Source of the DNA: Candidatus Roizmanbacteria bacterium UBA6242
Lineage (GTDB): Bacteria; Patescibacteriota; Microgenomatia; UBA1406; GWC2-37-13
Length of the DNA: 64,000 nt
NCBI GenBank assembly: GCA_002440905.1
Contig: DJWA01000002.1
Location: 192,065-256,064 of the forward strand
Direction: 5' to 3'
How positions within the stretch are numbered: the stretch's first letter is position 1; every line of letters begins with the position of its first letter. A program made the position numbers and the translations under genes. Below the pieces are notes generated by a model, which was not told the origin of the DNA, did not search any database, and saw only the letters and a program-made list of their open reading frames with translations. This document shows, piece after piece, positions 45,947-53,984 of this stretch.

Positions 45947-47713
45947 GTGAACTTAAACAACCACCCTATGGAGAATACGGTATTGAGTAGTTTGAACAAG
46001 AAACAAAGGGACGCAGTTCTGAAACATTTGGGTCCAAGTGTCATTTTAGCGGGGGCGGGATCTGGGAAAACCCGAGCTTTGGTGGCCAAAGTAATTCATC
46101 TAATCAAAGACCATAATGTATCTCCTAAATCAATTTTAATGATCACTTTTACCAATAAGGCGGCGTCAGAAATGAAATCACGAATCGGCAACTACAGCCT
46201 AGGATTTATTGGAACTTTTCATTCTTTTTGCGTAAGGATTCTTAGGATTGAGGCAGAAAATGCCGGTCTCAAGGATAACTTTGTCATCTATGATGACGAT
46301 GACCAGACTTCCGTCATAAAATCGATAATTAAAGACGAGTTCGGAAAAAGATATACGCCATCGTATTTTTCTAATAAAATATCGTCTGCTAAAAACCAGC
46401 TATTAACACCTGTGAGATTTCTTGAATTGTTTGGCAGCTACTCGGCTAATGTTGACGTCGGGAAAGTCTATGCTAAATATCAGCAACAGCTTAAGGAAAA
46501 TAACGCCGTTGATTTTGATGACCTGATAATGTTAACGGTCCAGTTATTTCGCAAAAACAAATCCGTCCTGGAAAAATACCAGGAAAAATACCGGTACATT
46601 TTGATCGACGAGTTCCAGGACACTAACACGGCTCAGTACGAACTGGCAAAATTACTTGGAGGAAAATACAAAAATGTAACTGTAGTTGGAGACTTTTCCC
46701 AAAGTATTTATTCCTGGCGGGGCGCGGAGATAACCAATCTTGACAAATTCAAAAAAGACTTTGCCGGATCAACGAGTTTTCTTTTAGAGGAGAATTATCG
46801 ATCTACCCAGAAGATACTCGATTTTGCCTATTCGGTGATATCCAAAAATACTACTCACCCGATACTTCAACTCTATACCAAGAATACAACCCGTGGTGAT
46901 GATATTACCTTTTATGAGGCGGATTCCGACGAGGAAGAGGCGATATATATTGCCTTAAATATTGAGAATTTGAGCAAGATCTATCCTCAGAATCAAATAG
47001 CCGTATTGTATCGTACGAATGCCCAGTCAAGAAGTCTTGAAGAGGCATTTTTACACAGGGGAATTCCATATATGCTCGTCGGAGGAGTGCGTTTTTACGA
47101 AAGGCGTGAGATTAAGGATATACTAAGCATGCTTCGGTTAATAGTAAACCCGGTTGACAAAGTATCAAGTGAAAGGATTTCCAAACTCGGCAAAAGAAGA
47201 TGGGCGGATTTCAAAAGATTTTATGATGAAAATAAAGATGAGGTAGGTAAAAAGGAGACGGCGGAGTTTATCGAAGGAGCCATTGATGCTGTTGGATATA
47301 TGAAGATGTTTGACCCCGATTCCGAAGAAGATTTTTCGAGGATTGAAAATATTAAGGAATTGAAGTCGGTGGCTCTATCCCATCCAGACCTGACTTCATT
47401 TTTGGAGCAAGTGGCTTTGGTTGAATCAGAATATTTTGCTGGAGAAAAGAAGTCGCGCGAAGGCGTGCGCTTGATGACTCTGCACCAGGCAAAAGGGTTG
47501 GAATTTAAGGCCGTTTTTATTGTTGGAGTCGAGGAAGGGATCCTTCCCCATGCCCGTTCAGTTGATGACGTATACGCCCTTGAGGAGGAGAGAAGGCTAT
47601 TTTACGTAGGAGTTACCCGAGCCAAGGAAAGACTTCACATCACCTGGGCCAAACGAAGGTTTATCTACGGAAGAAGGGGAGAGTCGATAAGGTCAAGATT
47701 TTTAGAAGAATAA
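45947..47713 (+). CDS. UvrD/PcrA-family superfamily 1 DNA helicase (short; start at GTG 45947 or ATG 45968)
   Basis: 'AGAGSGKTR', 'ILIDEFQDTN', 'VGDFSQSIYSWRGA', 'ENYRST', 'TLHQAKGLEF' and 'LFYVGVTRAKE'. Confidence 0.85.
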   Translation: MNLNNHPMENTVLSSLNKKQRDAVLKHLGPSVILAGAGSGKTRALVAKVIHLIKDHNVSPKSILMITFTNKAASEMKSRIGNYSLGFIGTFHSFCVRILRIEAENAGLKDNFVIYDDDDQTSVIKSIIKDEFGKRYTPSYFSNKISSAKNQLLTPVRFLELFGSYSANVDVGKVYAKYQQQLKENNAVDFDDLIMLTVQLFRKNKSVLEKYQEKYRYILIDEFQDTNTAQYELAKLLGGKYKNVTVVGDFSQSIYSWRGAEITNLDKFKKDFAGSTSFLLEENYRSTQKILDFAYSVISKNTTHPILQLYTKNTTRGDDITFYEADSDEEEAIYIALNIENLSKIYPQNQIAVLYRTNAQSRSLEEAFLHRGIPYMLVGGVRFYERREIKDILSMLRLIVNPVDKVSSERISKLGKRRWADFKRFYDENKDEVGKKETAEFIEGAIDAVGYMKMFDPDSEEDFSRIENIKELKSVALSHPDLTSFLEQVALVESEYFAGEKKSREGVRLMTLHQAKGLEFKAVFIVGVEEGILPHARSVDDVYALEEERRLFYVGVTRAKERLHITWAKRRFIYGRRGESIRSRFLEE

Positions 47714-47737
47714 ATTTGCTATACTTATAGGTAATTT

Positions 47738-48334
47738 ATGTTTAAGGATAAGGCTGGACGAGAATTATCGACAGCGGAGTTTTTTGGTAAAGTTATTAAT
47801 CGCTTTAAAAGCATCTCACTTGAGACGAGCGTTTATTTCCTACATTTAGTTGGTTGTTTTCCAAGTCACACAGTCAGGCGTTTTTTTTACAAAATGTCAG
47901 GCGTTAAGATCGGTAAAGGTTCAACAATCCACACCAAGGCCAATTTTTATGACCCGAGGAATGTGACAATAGGCGAAGATTCCGTAGTCGGCGAAGGAGC
48001 CGTTCTTGACGGACGGGCAAGACTTATAATAGGTGACCATGTTGATATGGCATCTGAAGTTATGGTCTATAACTCTCAACACGACATCAACGACGACAAT
48101 TTCAGCGCCATTAATCGTGATGTTATTATAGAAGACTACGTTTTTGTCGGCCCACGGTCGATTATTCTCCCTGGGGTTAAAATCGGTCGAGGGGCGATCG
48201 TTGCTGCTGGAGCTGTTGTCACAAAAGATGTTCCTCCTTATGCGATCGTTGCTGGAGTTCCGGCAAAAGTAATCGGGGAAAGAAAATTAAAAACTCTCAA
48301 ATATAAATTGGGTAGAGCGAGACTCTTCAGATAA
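47738..48334 (+). CDS. Hexapeptide-repeat (left-handed beta-helix) O-acetyltransferase
   Basis: Hexapeptide repeats '[15 protein letters not shown]', '[27 protein letters not shown]' and 'VAGVPAKVI'. Confidence 0.75.
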   Translation: MFKDKAGRELSTAEFFGKVINRFKSISLETSVYFLHLVGCFPSHTVRRFFYKMSGVKIGKGSTIHTKANFYDPRNVTIGEDSVVGEGAVLDGRARLIIGDHVDMASEVMVYNSQHDINDDNFSAINRDVIIEDYVFVGPRSIILPGVKIGRGAIVAAGAVVTKDVPPYAIVAGVPAKVIGERKLKTLKYKLGRARLFR

Positions 48335-48335
48335 A

Positions 48336-49724
48336 TCAATCAGCGGTTCCAACAAGATAAACGGCCGCCCATGGCTTGTAGATGGAATAGAATTTCTCGT
48401 CAATTGTCACCTTACCGCCCTTGGTCACTTTGTACGTAAAGGAAGCTTTGCTCCCCCACGCGGGAAAATCTACTTGTTTGGTGATGCCTTTTTTTAGAGT
48501 CGGGTCATCCTGGTATTTAGCTTCAGGTGGTGGTACGACATCCCAAAGGGCACCTTCCCCGACCTCAACTTGACGGCTATCCTTTTTACCGTAAAACCTG
48601 AAATAAAGTAACTGGTTTTCCTTGTCGACTTCGGTCTCAATAAGTATATGCGCCGGTGTATCATTTTTGATTTTTAAATCAACGGTTGGGGAAAAAACCG
48701 TTGCGTCATATCCAGGCTTCATATCGTTTTCGTAATAAGAAACTCGGTAAGCATGTGCGTGCCTCTCGATGATCGGTAGTCCGGCATAAATAGCGGCTCG
48801 AAATAACGTTGTTGACACCTGACAGACACCACCTCCGTCTCCTAATACGGTTTTTCCATCTTTGATGATATAGGCGGGTTTATAGCCTGTAGTTGATGAA
48901 ATGTCGCCGATTGCCCTGTTAAACGAGAATACCTCACCCGGGGGAATCAAGATTCCGTTAAACTTGGCAGCCGCCAGAATTACATTATGGATCCTTTCAG
49001 GTATAGAATGAGAGTAGTCGGATTTACCAACGGCAATCTCTTCCTCAATTCCATAGTCGTTTGAGGCAGCTAGCGTAATCTCAGGTAAAATGGTTTTTGC
49101 TCTGAGAATAAGTTTTGTGTTTAATTTACCCGTTTTTATATTCTTGACGTTATTTTCAAAATCCTTAAGGAATTGGTCTGTTTCTATTTGGAGTCCCTTC
49201 CTTTCCTTTTTAAAATTAACAACCCTGCCATCGCTGAATTTAAAAAGGGCATTTTCAGCAGGGTGGTTGTAACGCTCTTCACTTATGGCTAGGAATTCTT
49301 TCACAGGCTCTAAGTCATAAGATAAGGGACTCTCAAAACGATATTTGCTTAATTTAAAGTATGAAGAAACCAGTTGGACGCTTCTTGAAAGGAAATACTT
49401 AGAGCGGCCGATCGTATAAGCCTGTATCGCCGGGGTATCGCTATCATACCTTATCTTTAACGTTTGGGCTGAAAAAGTGGCAACGGGTGCGTCTTTGTAG
49501 ATTGCTGTTACCGAAATTCTGGCAAGTTTGCGATTTTTTTGGTCAAAAATTCTTTTAATTTCTTCTTTCTTCATGCCAGACACGTCTAGGGTGTCTATAT
49601 ATACGTTTGGGTATACACGGTTTTGGTATTTGGAGTTGAAGGCTTTAAGATCAAAGGCAAGCTTTGATGTAGCTATCAAAAATATGATTAGAAATATTAT
49701 TTTTAGTTTCGTTTTTGATATCAT
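48336..49724 (-). CDS. VanW-family protein, membrane-anchored
   Basis: 'GGGVCQVSTTLFRAAIYAGLPIIERHAH.YRVSYY'. The start was chosen at MISKTKLKIIF (TM anchor), because the longer tracked ORF overlaps the divergent gene. Confidence 0.8.
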   Translation of the reverse strand: MISKTKLKIIFLIIFLIATSKLAFDLKAFNSKYQNRVYPNVYIDTLDVSGMKKEEIKRIFDQKNRKLARISVTAIYKDAPVATFSAQTLKIRYDSDTPAIQAYTIGRSKYFLSRSVQLVSSYFKLSKYRFESPLSYDLEPVKEFLAISEERYNHPAENALFKFSDGRVVNFKKERKGLQIETDQFLKDFENNVKNIKTGKLNTKLILRAKTILPEITLAASNDYGIEEEIAVGKSDYSHSIPERIHNVILAAAKFNGILIPPGEVFSFNRAIGDISSTTGYKPAYIIKDGKTVLGDGGGVCQVSTTLFRAAIYAGLPIIERHAHAYRVSYYENDMKPGYDATVFSPTVDLKIKNDTPAHILIETEVDKENQLLYFRFYGKKDSRQVEVGEGALWDVVPPPEAKYQDDPTLKKGITKQVDFPAWGSKASFTYKVTKGGKVTIDEKFYSIYKPWAAVYLVGTAD

Positions 49725-49730
49725 TGATAT

Positions 49731-51200
49731 ATGGATGATAATAGTGAAAAACCCCAAGATTTGCAACCCGAGTCCCAACCCTTGATGGAAACTACCCAGA
49801 TTGAGGCAGACGAGCCCGTGGTTGAGGAGGTTGCCCCGGAAGTCAGCAACCCCGAAGCGGTTGAAGCTCCTCAGGAGCCACCGGGTTCGCCACCCGTATA
49901 CCAAGAAAACAAAAATCAGTATCTTTTTTTTATCCTAGGGGGTGTTGCGGTCTTTGTAATATTTCTGATTATTATAATAAGGGCTATCTTCGGCGGGGGC
50001 GGCGCTACAAAGGAAGTGGCTTTGACATATTGGGGTCTATGGGAAGAGGAGACTCTCATCAAACCCTTAATCGATCTCTATAAACAAAAAAACCCCAACG
50101 TAACCGTCAAATACCTCAAAATGACTCCGGAAAACTATCGAGAGAAGCTTGTCGCAAGAAGTAAATCAAATCAAGGTCCAGATATATTTAGATTCCATAA
50201 TACTTGGTTGCCTGAGATCAAAGAGATTGTTTCGCCCTTACCTTCTTCGATTATGCCTAATGAAGAATTCGAGAAGACATTTTACCCGGTAGCTCAGAGG
50301 GACCTCAAGGTTGGTAATTATTATTACGGAATTCCCCTCATGGTCGATGGGCTGGTGCTTATTTATAACAATAACCTCCTCAAAAAAGCTGGCATTGTGA
50401 GCGCGCCATCTACATGGGACGACATAACTGAAATTGTTCCCAAATTAACAGTTAAGGACCAATCAGGAAACCTCATAACTTCTGGTATTGCGATAGGGAC
50501 GAGTTCTAATATAGATCATTTTTCCGATATTTTCGGCCTTTTACTTTTACAAAACGGTGGCAATTTGGGGACAATAGACAGTGCCGAGGGGACAGGGGCT
50601 CTTGAGATATTTAGGAAGTTCGCCGAATCGCCCCAAGGATACTGGAACGACAATATGCCCGCATCAACAATGGCCTTCATCCAGGAAAAAGTAGCGATAA
50701 TAATCGCTCCTTCCTGGCAGCTTCTGACAATCAAGGCAGCTAATCCTGACATCGACCTGAAAGTTGTTCCCGTGCCGACGGTTCCGGGAGCACCTCCGGT
50801 TTCGCTTTCCTCCTACTGGGTTGAAGGTGTTTCCCGCTATAGTGCCAACCAAATTGAAGCTTGGAAGTTCTTACGCTTTCTTTCGGAAAAGGAAAATATG
50901 ACCAAACTTTATGAGCTTCAATCGAAGGTGCGACCATTCGGAGAGCCGTATTCTCGCGTCGACCTAGCACCCGTACTTAGTCAAAATGAGTATTTGGGGG
51001 CGGTCATAAGACAGGCGCCGGATTTTGCTTCCATGCCGTTAGTTTCAAGAACATATGACAACGGCTTAAATGATGAGATAATTAAATATATAGAGAATGC
51101 GATAAACTCAACAACCCAAGGCGTGTCCTATGCCGAGGCCCTAAAAACCGCCAAAGCAGGAATTACTCAAATATATACCAAATACGGCATAACAAACTAA
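49731..51200 (+). CDS. Family 1 extracellular solute-binding protein with an acidic/Pro-rich cytoplasmic tail and a TM anchor
   Basis: 'LTYWGLWEEE..IKPLIDLYKQKNPNVTVKY' and 'GPDIFRFHNTWLPE'. No permease or ATPase genes are adjacent. Confidence 0.7.
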   Translation: MDDNSEKPQDLQPESQPLMETTQIEADEPVVEEVAPEVSNPEAVEAPQEPPGSPPVYQENKNQYLFFILGGVAVFVIFLIIIIRAIFGGGGATKEVALTYWGLWEEETLIKPLIDLYKQKNPNVTVKYLKMTPENYREKLVARSKSNQGPDIFRFHNTWLPEIKEIVSPLPSSIMPNEEFEKTFYPVAQRDLKVGNYYYGIPLMVDGLVLIYNNNLLKKAGIVSAPSTWDDITEIVPKLTVKDQSGNLITSGIAIGTSSNIDHFSDIFGLLLLQNGGNLGTIDSAEGTGALEIFRKFAESPQGYWNDNMPASTMAFIQEKVAIIIAPSWQLLTIKAANPDIDLKVVPVPTVPGAPPVSLSSYWVEGVSRYSANQIEAWKFLRFLSEKENMTKLYELQSKVRPFGEPYSRVDLAPVLSQNEYLGAVIRQAPDFASMPLVSRTYDNGLNDEIIKYIENAINSTTQGVSYAEALKTAKAGITQIYTKYGITN

Positions 51201-51207
51201 ATTAATT

Positions 51208-53220
51208 ATGAACTTGCCATTTTTTTCAAAAAACAAAAACGAAGTCGACCATTATCTAGGAATCTTTCTTAAGGAAGAGGACGGGGTTTTGATGCTAATG
51301 GATACTAAAGACGGCAAAATGACTATAAGGGAAAAAGAAAGTTTTTTATATACTAACGGATGGGAAAATATATCAAACGATATAGATGAAATTATTTACC
51401 GGTTCGAAAAAAAGATCAACAAGAACATTGATAAAAGCATATTTTTCGTCTATTCCCACCTGGTTGATGAAAAGGTGGGCGACATAAAACAACCTTACTT
51501 GCAGAAGATTAAAGAGCTGGTGAAGAGTCTTGAGTTGACGGCTCTTGGATATATAGAATGTTACGAAGCGGTTTCAAAATGGATTCAAGGTCGCGAAGAG
51601 ATTCCCCTGACTGGAATACTAGTAGAGCTTGATTCACACGATTTGACAATGTTCATATACAAAGGGGGGAATATTACACACAAGAAAAATGTCGCCAGAA
51701 CCGACAATATATCCGAGGACTTGGTTAAGGCGATGTCCGATCTTAAGGGTAAATTTCTTTTACCATCAAGGATAATTCTCTACAATTCACACGACCTTGA
51801 TCCTTTGGTAGATAAAATTATCTCTTATCGATGGGATGAACAGTATTTCATACAACTACCCCGTGTTGACATTGTCAAGGAAGACGACATAATTACAGGT
51901 CTTGTCAATGTATTTGCGGAACAAATAGGGACTAAAAAGGCGGAGGTGGCAATTCCAACACAGGAGAGTCAGGAAACTTTCGGATTCCTAATAAATAAAG
52001 ATGTCGCCGAAATACAACCTGAATTGAACACGGTAGAACCACAAAAAGAGGCGTTCGTTCAACCAAAAACTACCTTACCGTCTCTTAGCATTCCTAAAGT
52101 AAATTTCAAAATTCCAAAGGTGAACTTTTCATTTCTTTCAGGAAAACTGACGATAGTTGCCGGCCTTATAATTATATCGGCGGCTTTGTTTCTAAACGAA
52201 TATTTCTTCCATAAAGCCGAACTTGAAATATATTTGAATTCAAGTTCTATTACAAAAGTCGCTGACTTTACTATTGGGTACAAAGTGGCAACTGCGTCGG
52301 CCTCATATAGTCAAAGTAAAGCCACCACCGGTTCACGTCAAATTGGTGATCCGGCTCGGGGACAGGTTGTTGTCCATAGCTTTGATGACGGAGAGAAAAG
52401 TTTTTCAAAAGGTACGGAAATTGAAAGTGCCGGACGCAAATTTGTTCTTGACACCGAAGTTAAGGTGGCATCCTCATCTTTGGCATCTGACGGTTCGGCC
52501 AAATTACCCGGCAAAAATAGCGTGTCGGTAACAGCTATTGAGATTGGTCCTGAAGGAAATTTGGGAAAAGGAAGTCGCTTTACGATTGCCGACCATCCGA
52601 GTGGCACATATTTTGCAATCAACGAGTCAGCCTTTTCGGGTGGTAGCAAAAAAACTGTTAGAACGGTATCAGTTGGCGATCAGGATAAACTTGAAGAGGC
52701 AATTTTGAATTTGGCTAAAAAACAGGTGAGCCCACCTAAAGGAATAAACGGCAGTCTTATAACTAGCCTTACAAAAACTTCATTATCTGAAACTTCCTAT
52801 TCAAAAGAAGTGGGGGAAGAGAGTAATTCGGTAAGCCTGAATGCCAAAGCAAGGACAACTTTCTATCTTTACGAAAAAGACGAACTTCTGGATAAGATCG
52901 TTGAAGAAGTCAAAGACGATATTAGACCGGGATTCGCAATCGATCGATCACTTGTGGACTATAAAATAGACAAGACAACTCTTGAGGATGAGGATTTGGT
53001 TGAGATTAGTGCGAACGTTACGGCAAAGACTGTTAAAAAAGTTGATAAAAAAGAAATATTGAATCAAGTCACAGGAAAGCATAAAAACAGCCTGAACGAT
53101 CTTAAGGATAAACTAGATATAGAAGGGTATAACCTTACCATTAACGAACCGATCCCATTTTTAAATAACTTCTTACCCTTTTTTAAGCAGAATATAAATA
53201 TAATAATCTCTACTCTTTGA
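51208..53220 (+). CDS. Bitopic membrane protein: cytoplasmic FtsA/PilM-like (degenerate) domain, TM helix, beta-rich ectodomain
   Basis: 670 aa. 'HYLGIFLKEEDGVLML' and 'GILVELDSHDLTMFIYKGG' weakly recall actin-fold phosphate motifs. One central TM helix sits at about aa 313-333. No family was assigned with confidence. Confidence 0.45.
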   Translation: MNLPFFSKNKNEVDHYLGIFLKEEDGVLMLMDTKDGKMTIREKESFLYTNGWENISNDIDEIIYRFEKKINKNIDKSIFFVYSHLVDEKVGDIKQPYLQKIKELVKSLELTALGYIECYEAVSKWIQGREEIPLTGILVELDSHDLTMFIYKGGNITHKKNVARTDNISEDLVKAMSDLKGKFLLPSRIILYNSHDLDPLVDKIISYRWDEQYFIQLPRVDIVKEDDIITGLVNVFAEQIGTKKAEVAIPTQESQETFGFLINKDVAEIQPELNTVEPQKEAFVQPKTTLPSLSIPKVNFKIPKVNFSFLSGKLTIVAGLIIISAALFLNEYFFHKAELEIYLNSSSITKVADFTIGYKVATASASYSQSKATTGSRQIGDPARGQVVVHSFDDGEKSFSKGTEIESAGRKFVLDTEVKVASSSLASDGSAKLPGKNSVSVTAIEIGPEGNLGKGSRFTIADHPSGTYFAINESAFSGGSKKTVRTVSVGDQDKLEEAILNLAKKQVSPPKGINGSLITSLTKTSLSETSYSKEVGEESNSVSLNAKARTTFYLYEKDELLDKIVEEVKDDIRPGFAIDRSLVDYKIDKTTLEDEDLVEISANVTAKTVKKVDKKEILNQVTGKHKNSLNDLKDKLDIEGYNLTINEPIPFLNNFLPFFKQNINIIISTL

Positions 53221-53957
53221 TTATGCCGTATGCCGTATATGTCAAAAAGAATAACTCGCCGAAGAAAAAAGCCGCAAGTCTTTTTTCTTATGTCTCTTTA
53301 AGTATTGGAGCTATGTTATTGTTCTGGTCTTTTTATCCAATACTTTCGTTTGAAATATATTCTCGCTTTTTTCTTAAAAACAACGTTCAAAATCCGGTTG
53401 CCGACGGTTTAGCCCCTTCTCTTGATGAGGCCAACTCGGTCTTAGGAGTATTCAATATTTTTTCCAACAATCTAAGAGATTATACCCAGGTCAACCTCTG
53501 GTTTCCGGACCGACCCCAAGGCAAGCTGGCGGCAACTGTAAACGCCAAAGAATACGAGCTTTCTATACCTAAGCTCAATATAAAAGATGCCGTAGTTACT
53601 GTTGGAGGTGAAGAATTGACGACAAGCCTCGTTCACTATCTACCTCAGTCGATGCCTGGAGAATATGGCAATGTTGCTATATTCGGCCACTCAACCCTTC
53701 CTCAACTGTACGATGTCAAAGACTATAAAACTATATTCACCTACCTCCCATCGCTTGAAAAAGGTGACAATATTTTTGTCAAAGTAGGGGATATTCAGTA
53801 CGAATATACTGTTTTCACATCGTTTGTGGTCGACCCGTCAGAAATATCGGTCTTGGAACAGAATAAAGACGGTGCCTATTTGACTCTCATTACCTGTGTA
53901 CCACCCGGAACTTACTGGAAAAGGTTGGTGGTCAAGGCTAGACTCAAATTGCTTTAG
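53217..53957 (+). CDS. Sortase family transpeptidase, membrane-anchored
   Basis: 'NVAIFGHST' (His), 'YLTLITCVPPG' (TLxTC Cys) and 'KRLVV' (Arg), with an N-terminal TM helix. Confidence 0.85.
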   Translation: MIMPYAVYVKKNNSPKKKAASLFSYVSLSIGAMLLFWSFYPILSFEIYSRFFLKNNVQNPVADGLAPSLDEANSVLGVFNIFSNNLRDYTQVNLWFPDRPQGKLAATVNAKEYELSIPKLNIKDAVVTVGGEELTTSLVHYLPQSMPGEYGNVAIFGHSTLPQLYDVKDYKTIFTYLPSLEKGDNIFVKVGDIQYEYTVFTSFVVDPSEISVLEQNKDGAYLTLITCVPPGTYWKRLVVKARLKLL

Positions 53958-53984
53958 CCCATAATATTTGATAAAATAGGCTCC

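Noticed and set aside
49725-49904. 60-codon N-terminal extension of the VanW ORF overlapping the solute-binding protein gene.
   Set aside because: The extension is antisense to a well-supported gene and lacks a signal or TM logic. The internal Met at 49724 gives a normal basic N-terminus followed by a TM anchor.
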